Assembly (NCBI GenBank): GCA_038496445.1
Contig: JALMLS010000501.1
Location: 1-59,029 of the forward strand
DNA length: 59,029 nucleotides
DNA from: Trichosphaerium sp. ATCC 40318
Lineage: Eukaryota > Protista > Tubulinea
Reading direction: 5' to 3'
The translations under genes and the position numbers were made by a program. The notes beneath the pieces were generated by a model. The model was not told the DNA's origin. It ran no database searches and saw only the letters and a list, made by a program, of their open reading frames with translations. Positions 10,493 to 24,551 of this stretch are shown piece by piece (position 1 is the first letter of the stretch; each line of letters opens with the position of its first letter).

Positions 10493-13423
10493 ATGACCGT
10501 CGCATACGCTGCAAGAGTCCCAATAGCTCATTGGCACGCGAAAGAGAACCAATGTCACTTTTTAGAAGTAATTGCTAGCAAACTGCGCGTATACACCTTT
10601 AAAGGGTGGTATAAATTAAATCATTATGAATTACAGGATGTAGGAGGTGGTGTATTGCTTGACAAGTGCGTACAACTGTTTGTTAAAGTTCACATTTTCT
10701 TGTTTAACATTAAACCGCTCAGGCACGCCTCCTCGTTATCCAAGTGTTTAATGTGGTGCTACCCTCACTATGAATGGAAGCCGTGGAGGTTTTTGTACGC
10801 GTGAAGTTTGAATAAACGAGTGACACTAACAACAAGCTCTAGTACTACGCCCACAGAATTCTGGCAAAGCTTGGTTAATCAAAAGAGTGTCATCGATGAG
10901 GTAGGGCATAAACTTGGTGTTAAGGATCTCTCGGATTGGTACCAAGTCAATCACTATGACATATCCGCGACCAGTGGTCGTGGTGTGCTTGACATGTGCG
11001 TTATTGTTTTTACAATAATTATGTAATGTGTTGTTAACAACAGCTGATCTTTTGTATCATCAAGGTATGCTCTATCAATCTCGACTTGCCTACAAACTTT
11101 GTATCCAGAGTTTCATTGGAAACCGTGGTACTTTAAGTACGTTAAAGTTAGTTTAATCTAGTTGACAGTTATTTTATTAAGGTTTGCGCCGATGAGGTAT
11201 TGGTCTGATTTGCAGAACCAAAGGGCCGCTCTTGATGATATAGGAGAACACTTAAATGTCAAGGATCTAAGCGGATGGTATAAAATCACAAACAACTCTA
11301 TTTTCGCTCATGGTGGCAAGGGTCTTCTCAACATGTTCGTGAATACATTTTGTTTTATGGGTTTTACTAAATTCTTATCTTTTTTGTAGTTACGGATGCT
11401 CAATGTCTCTTTGCTTTCAAACTGTGTATCCGCAGTACCGGTGGCGACCTTGGCGCTTCACGCACGTGTTTTGTTTTGTATTACAGAAAAAGAGTTTCAC
11501 GTGGAACGTCATCTGACATCACGTGATTAGGTGCGCTCCCATGGGTTATTGGGATAGCGTCTACAATCAAAGAACTGCTTTTGAAGATATAGGTGAAAGC
11601 CTAGGCGTTAAGCACCTTGATGGGTGGTACAAGATTACAGTAAATGACATTATCGACTTTGGCGGTGCTGGTATAATCGGTCACGTGTACGTATTAATGT
11701 TTTAACCACGCTTATGTTCATATAAGAATGTGATACTCAACGTTTGTTTAGTTACAACCACGCTCTTGCACGGTGCCTTAGAAGTATTTATCCGGAACAT
11801 GACTGGCAGCCATGGAAGTTTATGTATGTAGATGCCAAAACCCCAAGAGTGCTTTTTTTTGATTGTTTTTCAAGGTTTAAACCAGTTGGTTTTTGGAAGG
11901 ATCTGGATACTCAACGAAGTGCTTTAGATTATGTAGCAGAAAAACTAGAATTAAAAGATTTGAGCGATTGGTATAGCGTGAAAACTGATGACATTGCTCC
12001 ATATCATGCTCATAGCATTATCTATATGTACCGTAGATCAATCGCTCATTGTGTTCAAACCCTCTACCCTGATTATGAATGGGAAAGAGATAGGTTTCTG
12101 TAAGTGGTTTGAAGTAAGGATTGTGGATGTTAACATATGTATTGATTAGGGTTGTTCCAAAAGGTTACAGGTTGAGTGACTTTTTACGTGAAAAGCGTAA
12201 AAGCAACAGCGATTTGGAGGAACATAGAGTGTTTTTGCATTATCTTGAGCGGCGATTCTCACTCAAAACTCTTGATGACTGGTACACAAAGGTTGGTGTT
12301 ATTACATTTAACAATGCACACACATTGATGAACCGGTACGGTACCTGTACAACAGCTGAATGCTAACCCTTATTTTATTTTGACATCTAAACTAAACCTT
12401 TGGAACGCTAATGTCAAGTAGGTTTGGTTCTGGTAAGCAGGCGTTGAGAGAGTTATACCCTAAGTTTGCTTGGAATGAACAGTTATTTACTTACAAGGAC
12501 ATTATGTTCTGGAAGGACATGTCAAACCAGAAAGAGTTTTTGAGGAGAGTCAAAGAAAAGTTGTTACTTGATAGACCAGAACTATGGTACACCAATGCCC
12601 TAAATACATCAAAGATACATGCTAATTGAAAATGAAGGTACCGTGTAACACTACCACAACTTGTAAGTATGGGAGGCAGTGGATTCCAGAGGTTCTGGCC
12701 AAAAGCTTTAACCATGCTTGAGCCTGATTTTCCGTGGGACTGGAAGTTGTTTCCGCAAAGAAACAAACAAAACAAGCAGTTGTAAGTAATTGTTAACAGG
12801 TTTTTGTTGTCGTCTTACCCCTTCTTGTTAGGTTACTCCTCAAGACTATTACGACTATACTTCCTGATGCCACTATTATTGAGGAAGCTAGGGTCATTGT
12901 ACAGTCTCAAGCCGATTCCTTGAGTGTTGATATTTACTTACCAGAGTATAATCTTGCTCTCGAGTATCAAGGTACATTCAACAATCTTACCAATTTTTTT
13001 TTTGATTTTTGCTGAATGTGAACGTGTAGGGGAACAACATTACAGTGATATATTTGGATGGCACTTGTCTGAAAGACAAAAGATGGTAGATATGGTTAAG
13101 AAACAGCAATGTACTGATGCAGGTAAGAAAAGTTACAAACTTTATGAGATTACGTGGCTTAACATCTTTTTCTCTTCAGGGATATGTTTGGTTCCAATAC
13201 CATATTGGTGGAATGGTGAGGCGGGTCCTATTGTTGCAACTATAAAGCACTATAAACCAGATATAAACCTTGAGAGTCCAGCGAATGCAAGGCCTTTATT
13301 GGAGGGAAATCAAACTGGGTCTACTTCTAAAGGTACTAATACATTTGCAATGTGATTCATGCTCATTGAAAGTAAATAACTTCATTAGGACCTTTAATGA
13401 TTGGATGCGCTCATGTTTTTTAA
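10493..13423 (+). CDS. Protein with about 7 tandem 75-aa repeats (W..NQ...L..DWY...GG...YP..W..W.F) and a C-terminal PD-(D/E)XK/RAP/Vsr-like nuclease domain
   Basis: Repeats are visible in successive ORFs. The C-terminus reads SVDIYLPEYNLALEYQGEQHY...D..KK..C..AGICLVPIPYWW. Introns splice in frame. Confidence 0.8.
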
Positions 13424-13767
13424 CACAACACAGCTTCACGCAACTTCTTGTAAATAAAATGTAAAGTAAAGTAAAAGTGCACACTAACTTCTTAGATTTA
13501 AATAGCTTGAATCAAAAGTGCAATCAAGTAACTACTGAACTTGGTCTCAGTTGTACCACTTCCTTGATTGTACACAGTTACGTTCTTCTCAATTAGAGCC
13601 GTACTAATGCAATTGTTGTATCAGCGTTGCTTTTGCAGAAAGGTAAATTTACAGTTGAGCTGTAATCGTTTATTTTCTTGTTCTGGCTTTAGGGCTTTCT
13701 TCCCTTTCTTGCCTGTTGTTTTTAGTTGTTGTGTATAGATTAATAATAGTCGTGTTTATAATTTGGT

Positions 13768-16700
13768 TTAGGCTGCTACATCTTCTTGATTTCTGAATAC
13801 TGCAGGTTCAGGAGACTTGTCTTTGAATACTTGGTCCAAGGCGATATTACGGGCCTTCCAGTATGCTTTGCCTAATGATTAAAAGTAAGTCGTCGTTTTA
13901 ACTATTTAACAAAAACTGCATACCAAGACACTTCCAGTCCAAGAGTGTACTCAAGCGTTCTGTTCTGTTACGTAGCTGAAACAATGTGTTAGCATTATCT
14001 CTTTGGCAGTGTGATGGTATGTACCTGGATACGTTCTCTTCGAGAAAGCTTGCAAAATTTGAAGAAGATGTTTGCCATTTGATGTTTGCAATCCTCAAAG
14101 TTCTTGTATCTCCTACATGTTTTGATGAGCACGTGATATCAAATACCGTTTTGAAAAACTTATTATAAAATGCAAGGATACTTACCTGTCTACAACATAA
14201 ATACCGTGATCTTCAGGGTTACGAACACGTCTAACCATGTAGTTTGCGAAACCAGTCAAATTGGATGTCAATGAAGGTACACCCATTACAGTGCATTCTG
14301 CTGGAGTGTATCCCCATGGTTCATAGTACGAAGGGAATGCGCCCATATGACAACCACGAACAAATTCAGGGTAGTCTAGAGAATATAAGCAAATATAACG
14401 TTATGGAGCAAATGCAAAGATCAAACTTGTTTAAAGTTGTTGACGTATTGAAGATGTAGTGTTTGAGATTTTTGGTTTTGTTCAGTGCAAAGCGTTGGAG
14501 AGTTATGTAAAAACGTACCTAATGGTAGAACTGGACTTGTAGCGTTGACGAATTCAGGATGGTAAATAACCTTTACTTTATCTTCTTTTTTATTCAACAA
14601 CTTACATACACGCAAATGTTGTAATATTTCTATAAAACAAGCGAATTAGTTTAACAAACAAAAGGTAAATGTGAAGAAAAAAAAGAAATGATTGAGCTGT
14701 CACAGGCCTCAAAGAAAAAAGCCCGTGAAAAGAAGCAAACTGAGGGAAAAGAAAACAAGTTTGTCAACAAAAAAACCCAAACAGCAAAGGAGTGGTACCA
14801 TCGTTTTCGGAGTCAATGACGTTGTGAGTGGTTATTGGCGGTAATCCGTAATGTTTGTTTACAGAGAAGACATGTCTCTTCAAGTTAACGATGTTTTCTT
14901 GTGTGAGTAGAGTGTTTGCATCAGGCATTTTTCCTTGTAGGATTGTTTCATACAGTCTGTCGCTGATTTTCTCTACTACTTTGTTACATACTTCGCGGAT
15001 TTCACGGCGCATGGATTGTCCCTAGAATGTCTGGTTAACCCAATAGCAGTACCAAGGCGTTGTGCTATAAAGAAGAAAAAAGAGAACAGTTGTGATTGTA
15101 ATCAATGGAAGGTAAACGTACCTTGATTGATTCTACGTTGTAACTGCTTGTACGTCCTGGTGTAATGATAAATGCAATTACAGTTATTTCACTTCCTGCG
15201 GTCTTAAGAAGGTGGTTGAGTTGAGCCAAGGCTTCAATGAATAGATCCATGCCTGCGCAAGTGTCAGTTTTTTTTCAGTAAAGTTTCTTGTTTGATACCT
15301 TTGTTAAAGTACTCTCGGCGTCCTGCTGTGAAGAAGTACAAAGTATTATCCAAATCAAAAGTGTAGTTACCCCAGAAGTGTCCCCTAGCATTTGTTAATC
15401 ACGTGGGTTTCGCTGTGATAATTTTTTGGAGTAGTTAGTACGTACTTTACAAATTCATTAATCTTAAGCTTGCTTTCAAGGTGAAGATTTTGGAACTCAT
15501 GGAGCGCTGTGAATTGCTTCAAGTTGAGGCCGTTTGGCGTAATGACGTCTGGGCGTCTTCCAAGTATATGCATTGCTTCGAATGATGTAATAGCAGATAC
15601 AGTAGTGAATACATTAGCGCCTCTTGCTAGACGAGAAAGTTACAAACAAAAAGTAAAGAAATGAAATGTACCTGCACCAACTTCAATCCAGTGTCTTTGA
15701 TAAATGTTTTTACCGCCTGCTTCAGCTTCAGGGTTGAGGTTCTCTAACTGAGCATAAAGGTCAAAGCGACCAGCAGCTAACCATCTTCCCAACAGAGTTG
15801 CGTGTGTTGTAAACAGAGATGCGATTGGAATATTACGTCTTTTTGCGACTATCAAACCAACAGAAGAGTTCCTAAATAATTATGAGAAAACGAATAAACT
15901 CAACAAGAATCGTGAGAAAATGTTTTTTGTAGTCTTTGCTAGCTGTACCATTCGTGAAAGTGAGCGATTACAGATCTTCCTTTGGCAGCAAGACAACATT
16001 CCTCAAGTAACCAGGCTACTTGGTAACCAAATACAATAGCGTCATTGGTTTCATTATCGTTTTCATTCTATAGTTTATTCGTCAATAACACCAAAACAAA
16101 AAAAATACAGCCACGGGCCAGTTTTATCCAAAAAATCAGAAAAAAAATTCTCAAGTAGAAACCAAGTGCTTATCTCCTTTTTCACTGCGTACCTGAGCAC
16201 TTCCCATAAGTCTCCATCTCCACTCTGCAACTTTATCGTAGGAGCTTCCCAAGTCAAGCAAAAACACTCTAGGGTACCCTAGAATAGCGTGTCAGATGAT
16301 ATTTAAAAAGTAGACTTGACAACAAACAAAGATGGGAACAAAAACCAAAACTTCAAAAAAACAAACAAAAACCACTCAAATAACTCTCAAGAGGTATAAA
16401 ACATGGCGCTTAGTGATGTAATACGTGTTTAAACAGTCATTACTATTTCGGCAAGAGATTAAAGAAAACCACGTGACAATGTAAGCAATAGCTAAATTGA
16501 TCACTAAACTAGTGATATAGGGTATGTACCTTTTATGAGCCATCTTCCAAAGTGAACTTTTACGCCGTGTTTTGCTTCCATTTTGTCTAAAATGTTTTGC
16601 GAAAGCTCGCTCGGTTTTATCTTCTCAAACTCTTGTTCTGCCTTGTAAGGATCCCATACGCCAATTAGAGCGTATCTAGATAGAATACTTACTAAACGGA

Positions 16701-17001
16701 AGAAAAAAACAAATATAAAATAACCAAATGGTTTCTGGTGAGTTGTGTAGTGTTTTTTTACGCGAAAGGGGTAGTTTTGATGTAAATAGTATCAATGTAC
16801 TGCTTCTTACCGTTCCCCAAACTCTGCTACAGTTACAGGCGCCTTTGAAGTGATAACAGTGTAAATACCACCTACTTTTCTGCCGGAACAGTTAGTTTAC
16901 GGCTCTAATCTTAACGCCAGTTCTAAAACGTACCTGCATACTTCCACAGATATGTCAAATAGCAAAGGTAGCTCCTCGGATGTTCGCGTATCCTTTTCCA
17001 T
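13768..17001 (-). CDS. GYS: Glycogen synthase (GT3 family)
   Basis: Motifs [57 protein letters not shown]-like [27 protein letters not shown] and LSTLLDW. Many introns. Confidence 0.96.
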
Positions 17002-17211
17002 AACGAGTTAATTTGTTTTTTTGTTTCAAAAGTAGGTCAAACAAAGTTAAGTACAAAAGTTATTCCGCGCAACTCTAGAAAACACTCAAAAGGGTATATC
17101 ATATACTCTTGGCGCATTCACAAAGTACAAAGTACGAATTCACTGTTTTTGTAGAATGACAGAGCAAGAATTGCTCGCGGAAAAAAATTTATTTTTTTTC
17201 TTTCTTTTCCT

Positions 17212-18718
17212 TTACTCCTCTTCATCCTCGGTTTCTTCACCCATGAGGAATTTTACAAGTCTGTGATAGTTTAGAATACCAATTGGTTCTTCTGTTGAGT
17301 CCATAACCCAGAGGTAAGGTGGCTTGTGGACAACAATATGTTTGATGACATCTTCGACAGTAGCTATGTATCAAAAAAAATGAGACACACTGACTGACTA
17401 TACATAAACACTTACAGTCGGCATCAATAGAAAACGGTTCAGCTAATTTATTAGCAAAGAAATCACCTGAGTGTCACATAAACAAGAGAACGGTATAGAA
17501 CTGTTAGTAACGCACCAACAGACCAATTCAGATTACTTAAACGGTCATAAGTATAAAACCCATGAAAGTGTCTGCCCTCTGAACCTACAAAGTACTTTAC
17601 AAGCGAACACTAAGAAAATAGGAATACCTGGTCCAACAGATGCAAACAATTTCCCTTCCTTGTCTTTGATACCAACTACACGTTGGCCATCTGTTCCACT
17701 GAACTTAAGCTGAAAAGAACAATTAGAAAACACGTTTTTAGGCTTCAGTTTTAAATATTTCTGGTAAATCGTTAGTTACCAGTAGATTTATCAGTCGCTC
17801 GTCGTAGTTCATAACCTCGACACGGTCGAGCTCTATGGTATCTTGTATCTTCATTTTAAGTTTATCAGGAGTAGCGAGGGTGACTTTCTTCAAATATTTC
17901 GCAAAAATGTTTCCAAGTGTCCCTGGTGTTAAGAAATTCCCTAAAAAGCAATGAGATGAGCGCGAACATGGCGCTAACGTTGGAATTCTTCGAGATAAAT
18001 CCTGTTGAGGAAAAAAAATGCAGAAAAAATTGTTGGCGTTACGTACAAACCATCTCGTCTTTATCGGACAGACCAACCAACTGCTTACCTAAATAGATAT
18101 TTAACGAATAGTATAAAAAAACAAGAACAGAGTCTGTGGACGAGGAGTAGCTTGGGGTCAGGTTGTTTCAATACAAACACAGGCGTACCAGAATCAAAAG
18201 CCTCAATGAGTGATCTTACATCTTCGTTCAAGTGAACTGTTGAAAATTCACGTGATGGCAAGTCCTACTGTAGTGAGATTTTGTTTGTTCTTTTCGTTCT
18301 TTTTGATAGCAAACATACTTTCACTTTGAGTTGGTTCATCAGGATGTCTACAGTTTCCTCCGTTAAATGACTCTCTAGAGCCTCTACAGATCCTGCTTTT
18401 GTGACCATAAATTTGACTAAGTCAAAGAATGTGACATAAGCCTAGAGCCACGTGTAAGTGTCAAGAAAAAAATTCCAAATATTTGATATTTTGTACGCAC
18501 GTCAATAGTCTTGTCAAATATAGGTGCTGGATTCTGTGACACCACTTGGAGTACGTGCAAGAAAGTGTCAGTTGGCTCAACACAAACCTAACGCACTATT
18601 AATTTAAACACCGTAGGTTATTATAGCTAAGAGGAAGAGCACGCACAATAACTGTCATAGGCACAAATTTACCAATTACAAGTTTAGGCCAGAACTTAGC
18701 TGCACCTTCTTCTTTCAT
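17212..18718 (-). CDS. CBS-domain protein (AMPK-gamma/Sds23-like, divergent)
   Basis: Exons give AYVTFFDLVKF and TVEDVIKHIVVHKPPYLWVMDSTEEPIGILNYHRLVKFL, a CBS-type pattern. Confidence 0.6.
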
Positions 18719-18771
18719 ATCGTTGTATTTACGCATTACAGAGCTAAACTCTAAGCGTAAACTGTCGAGTT

Positions 18772-19508
18772 CTAAACGAACGAAGTGTCAAAATTTTCAT
18801 TCTTGCAAGAACCGTTTAAACGCGTACCACGCGCCAAAGTAGTTGTTTCATCGCGCAAGTCTTGTTTGGTGACTAATTTTGCGGCTTTTCTAGGTCCTCC
18901 TTGAGCCTTTAGTTGTTCTTTACAAGAAGCAAGCTCATAATCTAATGCTTCTACACGCTCACGGAAGAGAACTAGCAGTGTTGGTTCGAAATAACAAAAA
19001 AATGTTGTGTCAGCGTTCTGGTGTTGTGGTACCTTTCTTTCTGCGTAGGAGTGAGTGTGGACGAGCAGTTTACGCTCAAAAAAATACATTTATGTCGTTA
19101 TTGATTACGCACCTGCTTTCGTTCTCCACGTAATTTTCAAGGCTTGTAAGCTGAGAATCGATCATTTGGAACATTGTTCGCAGCTTTTCTCTTTTGTAAA
19201 CGTCACATTAATTGTACAACGCTATTTAGGTACCTAATATCAGCATCCGGAACGTTTGTTGTATCCAGTACAACTTCCTGTAAAGTTTTTACTTGTTCGT
19301 TAATAGTAACAAACATATCGTAACGAGTGAGTAGCGTTTGGTTTGTTAGCGCAGTATTACCTTGTAACAGTTTTCGTTTAAGCCAGCTAAAAAACGCATA
19401 CCAGAAACGAATGGCGTAATCTCTGTGCCATACTCCACAAAGCAACTGTGAATATTTTATTTGGTGTTTGTGACACAAGTATACCTTTGATGACATATGA
19501 ATACGCAT
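18772..19508 (-). CDS. Hypothetical small coiled-coil protein (boundaries approximate)
   Basis: Heptad-like exons (MIDSQLTSLENYVE, RERVEALDYELASCKEQLK) with GT-AG introns. Confidence 0.4.
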
Positions 19509-19648
19509 ATGTCAAGGGCTGCTTCAAAACACTCCCTGCTAACAGTACGCGGATATAAAAAATGTCACAATCAATGGCACTCCGCGAGATTTTCAAGATA
19601 TTCTTTTACAGCAAAGCATCACCGTAGCAGTGCACCACGCAACCTGAG

Positions 19649-22600
19649 ATGATGAGAGTCGCTATATTTTTACTATTGGCAGCACTGTCTGTAGTCGCCT
19701 TGCGAGAACAGCGCATATTTCAGCAAGCTCCTGACTATTTGTTATTTGAAGCGGATGAATATACAGGCCTTGTAGATGGAAACAACGGTGACAGCTGTAA
19801 GTTTAGAAAAGAGATTATTGGAGGAGGCCTAGGTATAAGAGCGCCGGGAACATGTACCTCTGGCTCTGGATTTGACCCAGATACTTCAAAAGCAAATTAC
19901 CTTTTGCAGTTCAAGCATCCTGGAAAATATGAACTATGGGCTCGTGTCGCAAACTCTAATGGCGGTAACAATGGAGCATTCATGTCGGTGAGTTTGTAGT
20001 TTTTTCTCTTTTTCGCGTAGCAGTTTGTAGTAGATACCTACACGCGAAAAGGTGTTTTTTGGCTATTTTTTAGTGTACTTGTACACGTGCCCATTTCGTT
20101 TTGATAAAAAGTTGGTATGTTTTGGTTTACTTATATATGTTTCAGCGCGAATTCAATGGTCCTCCTTCACATCCTGTGCGCATGCAAGCATGTGAAACAG
20201 TTGGATGTAGTTACGGCTTTGGATGGGCTAGAGTTGGTATGTTTTATTTACTGAAGGTTTTATGATATTACCAAACACGTGTGAATCAATTAATTAACCT
20301 GGCTTTTCGAAATTAGGTTCGGGAGGTTCTACACATACTTTGATTGTACCAACCGGAGCTAAAGAACCGCTCACATTTCAAGTTGCTCCAATGGACGATA
20401 TGCTTTTTGATAAATTCGCTTTTGTCTCTGTTACAACATCCAACCGAGTGAATTTGGGTATGTTGTAATTTCTTTTATAACAGCTCAATAATGCTAAATA
20501 AATTCGTATAGCACAAGTAATGGTGTCACACCCAATGAGCATCGAGGTTAAGGGTCCTGCCACAAGCTTCGAAGGAACACCTGATGAACATGGTATGTAA
20601 AACAAAAGTCACACCTACGTCGTAATCCTAATTAATTGCAAGGATATTCTTCGCACTCAAGCCATCAAACATGGGTACGTTTTTTGTTTGTCTCTTTTAT
20701 CTGTAACATCTGGGATTGTAGGTTAGCGATCGTTATCAATTCTCCGGAAGCAGTATTTTGCGGTTTACACGTGCGCATTTTGATAAAAGTGGTTGGCTAT
20801 CTTTACCTCACATCCGGTTTAAGGTCTCGTTATGGATTCGGTCAGCCTCAGCCGTGGTTCAATGTTGTCGTTCAATTTGGCTTTTCCTGATCCTTCTTCT
20901 TTTACGTTTGGATTGAGGATCCGTGTCCATGGAGAAAGTACAAACGTTGTTGTATTTGTTGTGTTATTAATACTCATATTTCAGCATTCTCTCTAACCAG
21001 TGAGGAAATCGCAGCATACCCACCTGGCAAATGGATACGTAAAACATACCAAGTGGATAGAGCCGGAAGTGTAAGTGCTTGTTTTAACCTTTGCGCTGGT
21101 TGATTTACTAAAAAAGTACCACAGCTACAAATAGAAGGTTTCGGCAAAGAAGTTCTTATTGATAGTGTTGTGTACATGGAACATGGCACACAAGGTGGCA
21201 CATGTTGCACTGATGTCAGTCGATTCCCTAGACCTGTTGATGGTTGTATCTCAAGTGCGTTCATCTCTAGATTAGGTTGCTTTGTTTTTTGTTAACTGTA
21301 CTTAACAGACATGGTTATCAGCCGTGCTGATTGTCGTACAATTGGTGGTACTTTCCTAGAAGGGTTGAATAGATGTGATGAGTGTACACAAGTTGTAAGC
21401 ACTTGTTTTTGCTTCTTTTTTTATTTTCAATCACGATCGCAAGATATCACGTGATCTAACACGTGTTAGGAAATTGATGATTGTGAACAAACAGATATGC
21501 TCTTTGGTATGTTTATAAAAACGAGTAGGGATGGTTTTTCGTTATTAACGTTTTTTTTTTGTGTTTAGCCATCGATTCGAGCGTTCAAAACCTTCAAGCA
21601 TGCAAAGATTTTGTCACAAATTTCTTTGATTCTGAAGGTTTGAGCAGTACAGGACTTCGTGCTGGAGTTTTGTTCTTTGGTTCTACAGATGATATATCGA
21701 GAACATCTGGTCTTACTTACAGACAAAGCCGTATTCGGGAAATCATAGACAGTACGTTCTTCATTTTGGTTAATTTATTTGTTTCTCACCTCATACAGCT
21801 GCCCGTCCTACCACTGGTGCTACTTGTATCAGTTGCGGATTGAATGATGCATCTATAATCCTTGACCGTAATGCTCGAGAAAACGCAAGAAAAGTATGTG
21901 AACAAGTTAGTATTTCCTATTATTTACTTACACTCACTAGATTGTTGTTATCATTACTGATGGTATTACTGGTAGTACGGATACCGACCCATCTCCAAGT
22001 TGCGGTCGTGAGAGACTCGATTGCGCTAGAGACTTTTTTGGAACTCAAATGTACGTGAACAAATCAGTTGCTTATGTTTCACTAAGTTCGATGCTTTAGG
22101 TCAACTTGTTCAACTAAGGAGGATGAAGATGCACAACTAGATGCATGCGCGAGTTACCTACAAGCGAGAGCAGATATTGTGTCAAGTATAATTGTTGTCG
22201 GAGACGAGAGCAATGAGGCAGTTGTAAAGGTAAAAGAGGTCTAGTGTAGACTTTTTTTTGTAACTTGGATGTAGAGCTTGGCTTCTTCTGAAGATTATTT
22301 CTTCAATGTCAAAGACACAGCAAATTTGGATAGCCTCATTGATGTTTGTGAAGATTTAGCTTGTGCACCTCCTCTACTAGCAACTTCGGCAGGTCAATCG
22401 CCTTTGACTTGTACTGCTTTCTCTCCAAGTCTATCAACCGTTGGAACATTCAAGTATGATTACTTTTCGACCATTTCGCTTCATATTCACTAATTGTTTG
22501 TAGACTCGCTGATCATCCAACAGGAAGCGCAGCTCCACCAGCATTCTGCCTTCGTTTGGACGAACTTGTACCAGGTGTACGTACCCCATTCCTATGCTTG

Positions 22601-23263
22601 TAGACTTTCTAATGCTATTTACTAGATTGGCACATTCTCTTGTGAGAGTTGGGAGCTTTTCTTGAGCGTTGACTTTCCACAAAACATTGTACATATTTTC
22701 GGTACAGTTAATGGCGGTTTGGATACTGGAAATCAAATTTCTAATCCAACAGCATTAAACATCAAAATGGTCTACACGTGCGTATACACAAAGTTAGTTT
22801 TCTTTTTTCACTTGGCTAAGTTAGTTCTTTGTTTTAGTGGAGTAACTAATGAACCTGGTGAGAATGGAGGTACCGCTGTTGTATCTGCAACACCTGCCTT
22901 CGGTACTCTATCCTTTGGAGGAAATACATACAACGTACAATCTACATCTATGGGTGAACACTTGAGAATACAAACAGGCACTGCAGGTGCTCCAGCTGAC
23001 ACCTATGTCTTAACGTACGCCAAAACAAAACAACAAAACAAAGAGATCAAACAACCTGCCACCAAAGGGGAAAATACTCATCTTTGTAATTCTTCTTGTT
23101 AACGAATGTTACTAGCTCTGGCGCTGGTTATATTCAAGTGGCCCTTCCAGGAGATGCATTTTCCGGGGCACCTATTGTAAACGATTTCTTGGCTGTCGTT
23201 GGTCCATGTATTGCTGACAGATTTGATGCTACAGCACCACTTTGTACACTTCCCGAAGAATAA
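19649..23263 (+). CDS. Secreted Cys-rich protein with a von Willebrand A domain and an N-terminal beta-sandwich (CBM-like) region
   Basis: Signal peptide MMRVAIFLLLAALSVVA; LFEADEY..GKYELWAR; vWA motifs DMLFAIDSS, RAGVLFF, TCISCGL and KIVVIITDG. Last exon ends LPEE*. Confidence 0.75.
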
Positions 23264-24551
23264 GAAGGATAATCCGTTCATGATAAGTGATATGTTCCAA
23301 TTCGTGTAGAAAGTCATACTCAGAGAAAAAAAATAAACGCATTGATCTTTATGTATTTGCATTTACAAGTGCTACAGATGGGTGGTTTTTGTAGGTTTTA
23401 TCATGTGGATAAAAAACACTTTTAACTTTGCTTCGTTTTATTTAATTATTGTGGTTCCATTCTGTTGTAGAAACAGGTTTTTTGTGCTTACTACATTAAA
23501 TTACTGTTTTAAGTGCAGTTCGAGATATCATTTGGTTGTTTTACCCGTGATCAAAAGAACATGGCAGGCAACAGAAACAACAAAAAAACAGAACTCAGTT
23601 AGAACAAAACTTTTTGTAGCAAGGTGCCCTGTACGTACTCTACCCGTTTGATGACCTCAAAACCACTATACACCCAAAATGTAGTGAAAAACGCTTTGCA
23701 CGTGCGTTTGGATGCTTTAGCATTGCGTTTTAGCCGTAGGTATCTTCAAAAAACCCATTATTACCGTATTGGCACTTGTGACTAACCACAACGCCAAACT
23801 GTAGCGTATGTTGGTACCAACAGCGGAATTTTCGCTTGTCCAGAAAAGTTCAAAACGCTGCAATAAAACTTGTCTATATTACGTACAGTGTAGCTCTACC
23901 GCTTCAATAAATAGCTTTAGCACCCCTTTTGGTCTTATCGCAGTGTACCACCTTTTTGTGAGCCAAATGATTCATGAAAAAAAAATACGGAACATCTTTT
24001 AGAAGTCCCCAGTGCTCTGAACAAAAACCTCCGAGAAAAAATTGCAGTGTTCAGCGTTTTGCCTAATTGATACTAAGCATCATTGAGCATTGACTCCGTT
24101 TCCGAAATAACAATATCACGTGTTTTACTCCTTTTTGGCGCAGCTCGATAACTATCGAAGATGTCTAAGCGCCAATTGAACCATAAACGCGCAGGGGCAC
24201 ACAACAGTGAAGACATACCAAGCGAGCTTCTAAAACAGTTGAGAAGGCGCACTACAGCACGAATACGTATAAATTTACTTAACTTCAAACAAAAACCGGA
24301 TTTTTTGCGATTGTTGGATACTAAATGATCCGTAGAGTCACGTGATCCAAATATAACATTTACTCCGTACGCTGTCAATGATTATTTTTATTGATATACA
24401 CAACAACACCGTAGAGCCACTGTAAAGCACAGGGCTTGCGTAGAGCTTTAGAGAGAAAAAAAAGTCCCAAAGAAAACACTATTATTAATAACGCACATGT
24501 AGAGAAGCAGGGTTAGACGCTCAATTGTATGAAGCAGAAAAGAATCAAGGC

